Positions 1 through 12,331 of a DNA stretch of 38,941 nt are shown here, piece after piece. The DNA is from Macrostomum lignano (Eukaryota), in contig NIVC01004660.1 in the NCBI GenBank assembly GCA_002269645.1, positions 1 through 38,941 of the forward strand, read 5' to 3'. The notes under the pieces were generated by a model that saw nothing but the letters and a program-made list of their open reading frames with translations, was not told the origin of the DNA and ran no database searches. Both the position numbers and the translations under genes were made by a program. How positions within the stretch are numbered: the first letter of the stretch is position 1; every line of letters starts with the position of its first letter.

Positions 1-974
1 AAGCCAATGAGTAACCATCTCATAAATCTCAGATCCCAAACTGTCTTTTATAATCCAATTTAAGCGAATGCATCTGGCCAATCCGTTTGTTTGCTAAAGA
101 AATCCAGCCGCCACAGACAGTTCACAAATACTGGAATGGGTTCTGGCTGTCTGGCGTCTCAGAGAAGGCAGACTTTGCTGCTGCGAGATCTTCTAATAGG
201 AAAGCCGGGGCTGACTCATTCGCCAATTTTTATTCCCCCCTATTCCCAATCTCCCGCCTCCCGTTTCTCCCCATCCCAAGTTGACCCATCCGTCTGCTGG
301 TCAGCCGCGCAACTCCCCCCCTTTGCCGGTCTCATTAAAGCTATTCCATTATTCCGACGAAAAAAGGCTCGAGTGCCCACGGCTCGAACACGTACGGGAG
401 GCTCTCTTAGGCTATAATCCCTCTAGAGGAGAGACAGGCCCATGCCAGAGTGAGCAGCTCGATTTGCACCGGGATTAGATGCCCCCTTCCCCCCTGACCA
501 TCTCCAGAGTTCGAGAGTAGAGCTGCAATTTTTCCCTATCTAGTTGCTAACCAAATTTGGTAAGGGGAGTTTTTATTGACACAATCGGCGTTGAGGATTG
601 CAGACTTGATCTTTCGGGAAGTCTCATAGTTTGCCCGTGTTTTCCAGGTAGGCAGCAAAGCCTGTCGATTTTCATCTCTGCCATTCAATATTTGCTGAAG
701 GCTCAGGTTGTTTCAATAATAGGGTCTTTGTCGGCGTATTTTTTTTGTCTGAATTCAATTTTTGTTTAAATAAATCCGCATTTGAACCCCAGTCCCTGAT
801 GCGGCTCCCGTGTCAAAGCACTGACTTGGAGCAATCGGGAGGTCAGTGTGTCACGGTTCAGGCGAATGGTTACGAGGGTTGCGTAATATTTTATTGAAGG
901 ATAGAGCAACAAAGAGCAGAATTCAGTCAGAGAAAACAAAGACTCTATTCAAGTTGACACAGATTAAAATATTT

Positions 975-2123
975 AAGTCCCACACTGAAGTCCCACACCG
1001 AAGTCCCACACTGGAGTCCCACGCCGAAGTCCCACACTTGATTCCCACACGGAAGTGCCACACTGAAGTCCTACACTGGAGTCCCACACTGAAATCCCAC
1101 ACCAAAGTCCTTTACTGGAGTCCCACATTGGAGTCCCACACTGGATTCCACACTGGATTCCCACACTGGAGTCCCACACTGAAGTCCCACACTGAAGTCC
1201 CACATTGGATCCCATACTGGAGTCCCACACTGGAGTCCCACATTGGATCCCTACACTGAAGTCTCACACTGGAGTCCCACATTGGATCCCACACTGGATC
1301 CCTCACTGGAATCCCACACTGGATCCCACACTGGAGTCCCACACTGAATCCCACACTGGAGTCCCACACTGGATCCCACACTGGAGTCCCACACTGAAGT
1401 CCCACACTGGATCCCACACTGGAGTCCCACACTGGATCCCACACTGGAGTCCCACATTGGATCCCACACTGGAGTCCCACATTGGATCCAACACTGGAGT
1501 CCCACATTGGATCCAACACTGGAGTCCCACACTGGAGTCCCACATTAGATCCAACACTGGAGTCCCACACTGGATCCCACACTGGAGTCCCTCATTGGAT
1601 CCCACACTGGAGTCCCACACTGGATCCCACACTGGAGTCCCTCATTGGATCCCACACTGGAATCCCACACTGGAGTTCCGCACTGGATCCCACATTGAAG
1701 TCCCACACTGGATCCCACACTGAAGTCTCACACTGGAGTCCCACACTGGATCCCACACTGGAGTCCCACATTGGATCCAACACTGGAGTCCCACAATGGA
1801 TCCCACACTGGAGTCCCACATTGGATCCCACACTGGAGTCCCACACTGAAGTCCCACACTGTAGTCCCACATTGGATCCCACACTGGAGTCCCACATTGG
1901 ATCCAACACTGGAGTCCCACATTGGATCCAACACTGGAGTCCCACATTGGATCCAACACTGGAGTCCCACATTGGATCCAACACTGGAGTCCCACATTGG
2001 ATCCAACACTGGAGTCCCACATTGGAGTCCCACATTGGATCCAACATTGGAGTCCCACACTGAAGTCCCACACTGTAGTCCCACATTGGATCCCACACTG
2101 GAGTCCCACACTGGATCCAACAC
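975..2123. repeat. Minisatellite of mixed 12/13-bp units (GGAGTCCCACACT, GGATCCCACACT, GGATCCAACACT, GAAGTCCCACACT), about 90 units
   Basis: Read directly. There are no unique spacers. All overlapping ORFs from 846 to 2298 are repeat translations. Confidence 0.97.
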
Positions 2124-2650
2124 ACAAAGTAACTTTGAAATACTCGAAGAAAATGCTTATAAAGCATGAAGCGCAGCTGCAAGTACCGAGCTGACATTTT
2201 TCAACACAGCGCAGTTTCATATTTTCTTCCCAGAAAATCTGCTTACATTCTGGCCTGATAGCAAAGCGGTTAAAGATTTTCTTGTTGCAAAAATTCAACC
2301 CAGCATGCGTAGAATTCGACTGTAGATGATAACAGCCTCTCGTATCCGACAGCGAACCCGACCTACCTGCACTTTGATTGATCTATTTGGTTGCTGGGTG
2401 GGCAAATCCTTGCTGATCGTCTGTCAGTTTTGAAGTTTTAGTGTCAGTATTGGTGGTGATTAATTACTATGTTTAATAAAATTTAAACTAGATGTTCAAG
2501 AGATAAAATCTATGATATTTTCGTGGTCTTTTCAGTGTCGTCCTTAAGTCTATTGTCACCGATATGAACACTGAACTTGATAGTTTTAAGAGTGCATCTA
2601 AACACAATCTAGTTGAATCCAAAATTTGATTGCAATCCTCTAGATTCGAC

Positions 2651-3193
2651 CATAGTCCCGTAGATCAGCTCATAGTGCCGTGGATCTCTGATAGTGCCGT
2701 AGTTCTGCTCATATTCCCATAGATATGCTCATATTCCCGTAGATCTGCTCATATTCCCGTAGATCTGCTCATATTCCCGTAGATCTGCTCATATTCCCGT
2801 AGATCCGCTCATAGTCCTGTAGATCTGCTCATACTCCCATAGATCTGCTCAGTCCTGTAGACCTGCTCATATTCCTGTAGATATATTTAAATTCAAATTC
2901 CCGTAGATCTGCTCATATTTCCCTTGGATTTGCTCATAATCCTGTAGATCTGCTCATATTCCCGTAGATCCGCTCATAGTCCTGTAGATCTGTTTAAATT
3001 CAAATTCCCATACCTAGATCTGCTCAGACTCCAATAGATCTGCTCATATTCCCGTAGATCTGCTCATACTCCCATAGATCTGCTCATACTCCCATAGATC
3101 TGCTCAGTCCTGTAGACCTGCTCATATTCCTGTAGATATATTTAAATTCAAATTCCTGTAGATCTGCTCATAGTCCCGTAAATCTGCTCATAG
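2651..3193. repeat. 20-bp minisatellite (GTAGATCTGCTCATATTCCC), about 26 degenerate copies
   Basis: 20-bp period is clear at 2720-2810. A variant block (AGTCCTGTAGACC...ATATATTTAAATTCAAATTCC) recurs at 2851 and 3106. Confidence 0.95.
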
Positions 3194-5157
3194 CCATTTT
3201 ATTCTTCTTATTCTTCATTTGCTTTTTCAATTTATTCATGGTTGAGCCAGTGGCTTATCTTGAATCAAGGTCACAGATACAAACTTCACCAGGCGTCGGT
3301 CGGGAATGTTTCTGAAGAACGTGTGAGAAAAGGCGGCGCAGTTTGCGACTTGTTGACTCTAACCTCACACCCTCACACCCGACGTGGCGTGCCCCACCTG
3401 TCAGTCAGCCACAGCCGACAGTAAACTCGCACGAACCCCCGATATCAACGCCAATACTGGGTGGGTCTCGTCTCTATGCATGAAAGGCTTTTTGAACTTG
3501 TTCGTAGGTTTCGGCTTCTTAGTTACCAGTCCGTCTGCCTGCCGCCGACGAGTAAAGGGGTGGAAGGAATGAATGCAGGTTCTGCTCTTGGATTGGCTCA
3601 AGGACGCCCAAGAACCAGAGTCTGGAGAGACAGCTCCTCCATCCTAAACCTACTTCCCCTTGTCATACAACTGTAGGCTGATTGCAGTGCTTCTACCCGA
3701 AGTAAAAAACCCGGAGCCTAAATTTGTCTGAAAATGGGTGCTTTGAGGTCGGGGAGAGGTGCCACTCCAGGCTCTGGTTCTTGGACTCCTTGGTTGGTTC
3801 GATTTAAGCCAAACTCTGGCACTGACTGGCAGGCAGCTCATAAACTTTGGGGTGGGGAGGGAATGAGATAACAGATGAGGCTGTGAGTCACACGTAGAAA
3901 ACTCTACCACTGGTTTCTGCTGGGCAATAAAAATAACAAAAATGTGCGAAGACACAACTGCCAGCTATTGTAGCTCGTAATATCTCAAATCTGTCGCTGA
4001 GTGACGACTGACTGACTGACTTGTAGGGAGAGCGCATGGAGGAGACCAAGGACTACTAGGTAGTAATCTAGCTGCTGTTTTGTTGCCTGGACTATCTGAA
4101 AAGAAAATACCTCAGGTGCTAAAATAGTTTGTACGTTGCCGAGATTCATCCGAAATCAAACAGCAATTACTCTTTTAATCTCTCTGCTGTCCTGTACGGA
4201 TTCACAAAGACTATATAAATTCTATATTTACTCTGCAAGCCATGATGCCCGATTAGCTCAAACAAAGAGGATTGCCCTGTCTGTTTGCTTTAAAAGGGCC
4301 AGCATCCTTCTATCCTCTAATTTTCGATTCTTTTCGCCACCGATGCAATCTGTGGCCGTGGACAGCGGCTTCTGTCGCCTTGGCTCGCTTGTGCGCCTCC
4401 GTATCAATCACCGCATTCAGTCGAGCGGGCGGTGTCTCATCTCCATGTCCATAGCGATGACTAAGAGGCCTTACTGAGAAATCCCCGTTTGGTGAACCGC
4501 GAGGAGCACGGAGATATGGAAGGCACAGAGATCGGCAATTATGGTGTCGCAGCCAATTTCATTGCATTTCGGAGATGCTATCTTGCTAGCGGATCAGAAG
4601 CATGGAGCTCGATCTCGGGTGCTTCCGATGGTATATTATCCCGGAGAGAAGGAGAGGAGAGCCATGGGGATCTAGGGAATATCACGGAACAGCGGGCGCA
4701 AGCTACGATCGGTAATAATAAATCAACACAGCTCAGCTAGAGCCTCGAAGCCGATCGTAGTCTCTGCTCGAGCATTAAAAACTGAGCAGTGTTTTACGAC
4801 TATTGCTGCAAAGCTGCTCGTATTGTGTCATTACCCACCCCTCATCCCCCAACCTGGCCTGTCCCATTGCAATGACCGGATTTGACTGGGGGGCGGGCTG
4901 AGTGAGCGAATCCCGATGGATAAAAAAATATCAGATATCAGCAACATGGGATTTAGAACATGCTAACGCGTCAAGTGTGGTATTACGGTTTTTCAGAAAT
5001 CTTCACTAGAGAGAAATACCGACGTAAAGTCAAATGGAGTACCTGCGACACTTTGTCTTTGTCTTTTAACTGTTATAAAGAAAAAAAGAGAAAAAATAGT
5101 CGAAAGGTCGAAGTCAGCATTAGTCATTAGTGGCTTCAAAAAAGTCAAGTGCCTTAG

Positions 5158-6648
5158 GCAGTGTCATCTAGACCACAGTAACCTCAAGCAGTGTCACCTA
5201 GACCTCAGTGACCTCAAGCAGTGTCACCTAGCCCTCAGTAACCTCAAGCAGTGTCACCTAGACCTCAGTGACCTCAAGCAGTGTCATCTAGCCCTCAGTA
5301 ACCTCAAGCAGTGTCACCTAGACCTCAGTGACCTCAAGCAGTGTCACCTAGACCTCAGTGACCTCAAGCAGTGTCATCTAGACCTCAGTAACCTCAAGCA
5401 GTGTCATCTAGACTTCAGTAACCTCAAGCAGTGTCACCTAGACCTCAGTGACCTCAAGCAGTGTCATCTAGACCTCAGTGACCTCAAGCAGTGTCATCTA
5501 GACCTCAGTAACCTCAAGCAGTGTCATCTAGACCTCAGTAACCTCAAACAGTGTCACCTAGACCTCAGTGACCTCAAGCAGTGTCATCTAGACCTCAGTG
5601 ACCTCAAGCAGTGTCACCTAGACCTCAGTGACCTCAAGCAGTGTCATCTAGACTTCAGTAACCTCAAGCAGTGTCACCTAGACCTCAGTGACCTCAAGCA
5701 GTGTCACCTAGACCTCAGTGACCTCAAGCAGTGTCATCTAGACCTCAGTAACCTCAAGCAGTGTCACCTAGACCTCAGTGACCTCAAGCAGTGTCATCTA
5801 GACCTCAGTGACCTCAAGCAGTGTCACCTAGACCTCAGTGACCTCAAGCAGTGTCATCTAGACTTCAGTAACCTCAAGCAGTGTCACCTAGACCTCAGTG
5901 ACCTCAAGCAGTGTCATCTAGACTTCAGTAACCTCAAGCAGTGTCACCTAGACCTCAGTGACCTCAAGCAGTGTCATCTAGACTTCAGTAACCTCAAGCA
6001 GTGTCACCTAGACCTCAGTGACCTCAAGCAGTGTCATCTAGACCTCAGTGACCTCAAGCAGTGTCATCTAGACCTCAGTAACCTCAAGCAGTGTCACCTA
6101 GACCTCAGTGACCTCAAGCAGTGTCACCTAGACCTCAGTGACCTCAAGCATCTAGACCTCAGTAACCTCAAGCAGTGTCATCTAGACCTCAGTAACCTCA
6201 AGCAGTGTCAACTAGACCCCAGTAACCTCTCCAGCAGTGTCAACTAGACCCAGTAACCTCTCCAGCAGTGTCAACTAGACCCCAGTAACCTCTCCAGCAG
6301 TGTCAACTAGACCCCAGTAACCTCTCCAGCAGTGTCAACTAGACCCCAGTAACCTCTCCAGTAGTGTCAACTAGACCTCAGTGACCTCAAGCAGTGTCAT
6401 CTAGACCTCAGTAACCTCAAGCAGTGTCACCTAGACCTCAGTGACCTCAAGCAGTGTCATCTAGACCTCAGTGACCTCAAGCATCTAGACCTCAGTAACC
6501 TCAAGCAGTGTCACCTAGACCTCAGTGACCTCAAGCAGTGTCATCTAGACCTCAGTAACCTCAAGCAGTGTCAACTAGACCCCAGTAACCTCTCCAGCAG
6601 TGTCAACTAGAACCCAGTAACGTCTCCAGCAGTGTCAAATAGACCACA
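5158..6648. repeat. 30-bp minisatellite (GCAGTGTCAYCTAGACCTCAGTRACCTCAA), about 50 copies, with 24-bp and 32-bp variants near the right end
   Basis: Exact 30-bp phasing across 5161-6150. Variant units occur at 6150-6370 and 6483-6640. Confidence 0.98.
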
Positions 6649-7148
6649 ATGTCCCATGTGGGGTCATTTCACGTGAATTTTTAACACAAAATTCCAAATT
6701 TATAAATTTTGAGCAGCAATCAATTCCAAGTCAGCGCAAAAACTACTCTAGCTAATTCGATTTTCCGGAATCTGTACTTAAATTTGCTGCGTTGCCTAAA
6801 TTTCATAAAGTTAGCCACATCAATCTTGTTGAAGCGCAACACATGCAACTGTTGAAGCCTCTAGCGAGGGCCTCAAAGTGTGCTGGATTGTGCACCAAAG
6901 AAAGAGAGCCAAGGTTGGCCCAGGGTCCCAGCCAATCCGCTGGCAGCGTCTGCCTCACGCCCAGGTCCTGAGACTGCGCAGCCAACAGACAGACGGGAGC
7001 GAGAGAGAAAAGAATAGTATATACCCGCGAGAATCAGCGCGTCTTTACCAATTCTTAATCTCTCCTCACTGTAGGATATGCCAAGAATTCGCTAAGGATG
7101 CCTTCACCATTGAGCCACCGTCGTAAAGGACGGCGACTTCATGCCGCG

Positions 7149-8324
7149 ATGCAGCACGGCTGCTTCCTCTACCTGTTGCTGATGGTCGTCATGGCAACAC
7201 TGTCATTGGCTAAACCTCCGTGCCCGGCTCAGATGCCATGCCAGTGTACAGATAAGCGCCTCAAGTGCGTCCAACAGGAGCCACAACCGCCAGTGGATGG
7301 AACGAAGCCGTTGCACTACCTCTCACTTGTGCCCTACTTTGAGCCGAGCAGCCCGGAGACTCGCTGGTCCTACGCATTTCACGAATTGCGCATCCGCAAC
7401 CAGGCCATGACTAACCTCAGCTTGGCCTACGCCTGGGGCTCTCTCAGCCTGAGCCGCGTGGAGGTGACCAACTCGCTGGTGCGTCGGCTGGCTCCAGGCG
7501 CGTTCCACGGCCTGACGGGCGTTAAATCGCTCAACCTGTCGCACAACATGCTCTCTTCGGTGGACGCCGACGACCTCAGTGAGCTGCCAGCGCTGGAGGA
7601 GCTGGTGCTGCACAACAATCTCATTAAAACTCTGCACCCCAAAGCTCTGCTGCACAATGGTCTGGTTGCAAAGCTCTTTCTCAGTCACAATCTTCTGACC
7701 GAGGTGCCGCCGGGCTTGAAGCAGCTGACTTACCTGACTCATCTGTACTTGCAGTACAACAATATCGCTGCAATTCCTGGCCGAGCATTCGAAGGACTGA
7801 CCCGGCTCATCATATTGGATATGGGCGCCCTGCGAGCCGGTCTCAGAATTGCCGACTCGGCGTTTTGCGGCCTCCAAGGCGGCCTGGCGGCGCTCTACCT
7901 GCGAGGCAACATTCTGCGCCGGCTGGACCTGTGCGCACTGGGCCAAGCGCACTCTCTGCGCGGCCTCAACCTGACAGGCAGTCTGTTCCCCTGCTCCTGC
8001 CAGGCCTTCAGCTTGGCTAACCGCACCAACTGGCAGCGGCTGTACGGTTTCGCGCCCCACTTTGTCTCTTACGAGGCCAGCTTGCTGTCCCGTAACTGCG
8101 ATCTCAACTGTAAGGACCGACCGGCACCCTGTCCGGACTACTGCGCTGTCCGAGCAGCGTCGCCTGCCTCCAGACCTGCAGCTGCCGCGGCCGCTGCTGC
8201 CGGCAGTTTCGCACTGGACTACGGCGGAAAAGGCGCGGCAGTGTCCGCAGCGTCTCGTCTGTCGGAATCTGCCGCGATTGTCGCCTCCCTACTAACCAGC
8301 TGTGTTCTTTTGCTCACTTTTTGA
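7149..8324 (+). CDS. Secreted leucine-rich-repeat protein, probably GPI-anchored (391 aa, intronless)
   Basis: ATG 7149 starts a signal peptide (MQHGCFLYLLLMVVMATLSLA). It is followed by an LRRNT (PPCPAQMPCQC), about 8 LRRs (e.g. VKSLNLSHNML, LEELVLHNNLI, LTHLYLQYNNI), an LRRCT-like FPCSCQ, an Ala-rich spacer and a terminal hydrophobic tail (AAIVASLLTSCVLLLTF*). A candidate 3' splice site ctcactgtAG ends at 7074. Confidence 0.9.
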   Translation: MQHGCFLYLLLMVVMATLSLAKPPCPAQMPCQCTDKRLKCVQQEPQPPVDGTKPLHYLSLVPYFEPSSPETRWSYAFHELRIRNQAMTNLSLAYAWGSLSLSRVEVTNSLVRRLAPGAFHGLTGVKSLNLSHNMLSSVDADDLSELPALEELVLHNNLIKTLHPKALLHNGLVAKLFLSHNLLTEVPPGLKQLTYLTHLYLQYNNIAAIPGRAFEGLTRLIILDMGALRAGLRIADSAFCGLQGGLAALYLRGNILRRLDLCALGQAHSLRGLNLTGSLFPCSCQAFSLANRTNWQRLYGFAPHFVSYEASLLSRNCDLNCKDRPAPCPDYCAVRAASPASRPAAAAAAAAGSFALDYGGKGAAVSAASRLSESAAIVASLLTSCVLLLTF

Positions 8325-10078
8325 GTCTGCTTTTTGTGTATATTTCCTGATTTATACTCGTAGATTTATAACTGCTTTAATTTCGAGCTGCATGCTAATT
8401 TCTATGCGTTTGTTTGCTGAAGTCTCCAAGACTCTTGACTTTTGTCTTATGTTGATTGTGTAAAATTCGAAAAATTGAGCACTACATTGCTCAGACGAGC
8501 CTATACAGTGCAAGGAAAGCGACCGAGTGTTTTGGCCTAATTTTTGTACACAAAATTTTTGAAAGCCACCGAACCAGACAGCCGCTTTTTCTGCTTTTGC
8601 GCGCTTTTTCTTTGCTTAGGACTTGCTTACCTGACTTATCTTGTGCTTTGCTTGGCGACTGCCGCTGTAAATACAGGACTTACGACTGCGTGGAGACCCA
8701 GTTTCATCGCTACGAGCGTAACTGTGAAATCAGCTGCGCTATAAAAAGCCGCACAAATTCTCTCTCTGTCTCTCAGTAAGCCATGACTGAAGCTGCAGAC
8801 ACCAACCAAAGAGTTAAGGCTGCACGGAGACAAGAATTCTCTTCTTTGCTCTCATCTCTTTCCTAATTTGCAAAACCGCTCGCATCAATGCTTTGCTACA
8901 GTCGGAGACTTGATAAATCATCTCGCAGTTGCCTGTATCGCTTGCATTTTACCGGAGGTGACCCTCGAGGGAGGGTGTCGGTGCAAGGCTGCAAAAAAGG
9001 CAAAATGGGGATTCTTATCCAACGAAAAAGAGTTGCTACAGTAGCAATTTTCTATGATGTGCCTTATGGGTATCTTGTCAACAATTTGTTCAGCACTTTA
9101 CAGCATCTACAGCATCTTTGCCGTTTCTTTCGCTTCGCTTTCTGGCTCCAGTGTGTTGCAGAAGAGATAATTATACAGAAATACTGAAGTCTGCCCGAGC
9201 TGACTTGCGCTTGTGCTTCTTGGTCTACCGCTAGTCACGGCTCAGTGAGCTTCAAGAATCAAACTGCTCCCTCCGTTTGCGCTTCACCCCCAACCCGCGA
9301 TGCTGACAGAAGCGCCTTTGGCGGACAATCTTACAGTACCAAACACGAATAAAGCTGTTTTTTGCTTTTGCTACCACAGAGGGCGACAATGACAGATGCA
9401 TTCGATTGTCTGAGCTCTGGGGTAAGGGCAGCTAAGTTTGTGGTTGTCTCTCACACTCACACTCACTCTCTCACACTACACTCTCACACTCGCCACCCCT
9501 CCTGACTAGATGAAATTCTAGTAGACAATACATTAAAGAGCCTGTGCTATGTATGCGTTTGACTTGTGGGCATGTCACTTGTAATAAATCACCTAGACTC
9601 CAATGTTCTCACGTTGTAGTTGTGGTAGTCATTGTTGACAGAATATAATGAAAAAACTTTTTTTCTGAAAAATAATGAATTCTCAACTGTGTGCCGCTAA
9701 GAGGGGAGTGTGGGCAACTGTATTTCAACAATAATCTCAATTGACTATTTTTTACCCAGAAAGACCCGAAAGAGTTTGAATGTCCTAGCTTTGCTGCTGA
9801 AAGTAGCCAGTTAGAAAGTTGAATTGAGAGGCCATCTAAAAAATAGCACGCATACGAAATATTTTTTCTAAAACGACTCCTAGTTTACTGAAATTACACG
9901 GGGGGTATTTTTTGACACTCAATCATCTGCATCTGCTTTTGACCGTTGCTGCTAAAAAAGGCTACCGCTGTGGGAGAAGAGACAGGGAGACTGCTGCAGA
10001 TAAACAGCGGGATAAGTTAATAATTCATACAGGGTTTCCATCCTGAAATAATCGGCGGGGGCTAATTTTTTTCGAAAT

Positions 10079-10211
10079 CTTTTTCGTCCCTTACATCTTT
10101 GATCATTCATTGCCAGTGCACTATTTGCCTAATCTCTGTGCTCAGACGCCTGCCTGTTGATTTGGGCTAAAAATAGTCAGGGGCAGGTCGGTTGAAAATT
10201 AATAAGCAACT
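10079..10211 (+). repeat. Short dispersed repeat, copy A
   Basis: Shares the blocks ATCTT(T)GATCATTCATT, CCTGCCTGTTGA, GGCTAAAAATA and GTCGGTYGAAAAT...GCAACT, in the same order, with 11288-11394. Confidence 0.75.
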
Positions 10212-10290
10212 CTTTAAAGCCAATGAGACGTAGAGACAGAAATAACATTCTTGCCCCTTGACTTCTGACTTTCCCAATGTGAGCTTTGGA

Positions 10291-10776
10291 ATCACAGCAA
10301 TTCGTTATGAATTTTGACATCACAGCAATTCCCTATGAGCTTTGACATCACGGCAATTCCCTATGCATTTTTGCATCACAGCAATTCCCTATGAGTTTAG
10401 ACATCACAGCAATTCCCTATGAGTTTTGACATCAGAGCAATTCCCTATGAGCTTCGGCATCACAGCAATTCCCTATGAGTTTTGACATCAGAGCAATTCC
10501 CTATGAGCTTCGGCATCACAGCAATTCCCTATGAGTTTTGACATCAGAGCAATTCCCTATGAGCTTCGGCATCAGAGCAATTCCCTATGAGCTTCGGCAT
10601 CACAGCAATTCCCTATGAGTTTTGACATCAGAGCAATTCCCTATGAGCTTCGGCATCACAGCAATTCCCTATGATTTTTGACATCAGAGCAATTCCCTAT
10701 GAGCTTCGGCATCAGAGCAATTCCCTATGAGCTTCGGCATCACACCAATTCCCTATGAGTTTAGACATCACAGCAA
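10291..10776. repeat. 28-bp minisatellite (ACATCACAGCAATTCCCTATGAGTTTTG / GGCATCAGAGCAATTCCCTATGAGCTTC), about 17 copies
   Basis: GCAATT recurs at 10381, 10409 and 10437, giving period 28. Confidence 0.97.
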
Positions 10777-10785
10777 TCACAGAAG

Positions 10786-11396
<611 letters not shown>

Positions 11397-11795
11397 CTAC
11401 ACTCGTAAAAATCAAAAGCTAACCAGAATCTTCTCTTCCCATTTCTACCACTTCAAACAGCTTGGGAATTTGCCATTGTGTTCACCAGATATGGGCAGTT
11501 CAATGGGAGGCGCATCTTCAAGAAAATTTTAATTCTCGACTCACGTAAGACAAATTTTAGAATCCAGGGTCTCTCTTTTAACCAAAAACAATTTCTTTTC
11601 ACTGTGCGACAACATCGAAAATTGATGAAGTGATTGAAAAATGAAGCGCTAAAAATAAATTAACGGTCTTCGAAGACGGAAAACCCATGTCCAGTTGAGA
11701 AGAAAACAGCCATGATTGATATGTGCTCGCATGTAAATGGATATGTACTTTTCGAGGCAAAGAAGATGGAAAAGGCCTAACAGACGAACAAGAAG

Positions 11796-12331
11796 GCTGG
11801 CGCCCCTTGGTGCTGGCGCCCCTTGGTGCTGGCGCCCCTTGGCGCTGGCGCCCCTTGGTGCTGGCGCCCCTTGGTGCTGGCGCCCCTTGGTGCTGGCGCC
11901 CCTTGGTGCTGGCGCCCCTTGGTGCTGGCGCCCCTTGGTGCTGGCGCCCCTTGGTGCTGGCGCCCCTTGGTGCTGGCGCCCCTTGGTGCTGGCGCCCCTT
12001 GGTGCTGGCGCCCCTTGGTGCTGGCGCCCCTTGGTGCTGGCGCCCCTTGGTGCTGGCGCCCCTTGGTGCTGGCGCCCCTTGGTGCTGGCGCCCCTTGGTG
12101 CTGGCGCCCCTTGGTGCTGGCGCCCCTTGGTGCTGGCGCCCCTTGGTGCTGGCGCCCCTTGGTGCTGGCGCCCCTTGGTGCTGGCGCCCCTTGGTGCTGG
12201 CGCCCCTTGGTGCTGGCGCCCCTTGGTGCTGGCGCCCCTTGGTGCTGGCGCCCCTTGGTGCTGGCGCCCCTTGGTGCTGGCGCCCCTTGGTGCTGGCGCC
12301 CCTTGGTGCTGGCGCCCCTTGGTGCTGGCGC
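11796..12331. repeat. Near-perfect 16-bp GC-rich minisatellite (GCTGGCGCCCCTTGGT), about 33.5 copies
   Basis: I see only one variant unit (T>C near 11843). The six ORFs across it are repeat artefacts. Confidence 0.99.

Noticed and set aside
410-478. Minus-strand QIELLTLAWAC, resembling the Ty3/gypsy RNase H ELLAIVWA motif
   Set aside because: It is an isolated motif followed by a stop, with no flanking RT or integrase similarity.
771-850. Possible tRNA or SINE B-box (GGTTCAAAT on the minus strand; also GGTTCGATT at about 3795)
   Set aside because: There is no convincing A-box or cloverleaf.
846-2298. Many overlapping ORFs (PHWSPTLESH..., MWDSSVG...)
   Set aside because: They are translations of a stop-poor minisatellite in several frames on both strands. 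The same applies to the ORFs at 11599-12434, 18279-18996, 22558-22969, 23624-23821 and 36916-37726.
3313-3332. CTGAAGA...GAAA hammerhead-ribozyme-like core (other CTGANGA hits were also checked)
   Set aside because: Stem II cannot form and the flanking helices are missing.
4300-4450. Minus-strand peptide HKRAKATEAAVHGHRLHRWRKES, faintly like a pogo/Brinker DNA-binding domain
   Set aside because: It is too short, lacks the central helix, and has no DDE domain or TIRs nearby.
975-6648. CRISPR-like appearance of the tandem arrays, including the 30-bp and 28-bp ones
   Set aside because: Units are head-to-tail with no unique spacers, there are no cas genes, and the context is eukaryotic with introns.
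7185-7198. Perfect X-box GTCGTCATGGCAAC, and CTGACCATGGCAAC at 32762-32775
   Set aside because: Both lie inside coding sequence and are explained by codons. I kept them only as a caution for the promoter X-box calls.
7323-8060. 245-aa antisense ORF inside the LRR gene, and similar antisense or alternate-frame ORFs over CTSA, NR, sGC and SLC26
   Set aside because: These are shadow ORFs expected from GC-rich codon usage, with no recognisable motifs.
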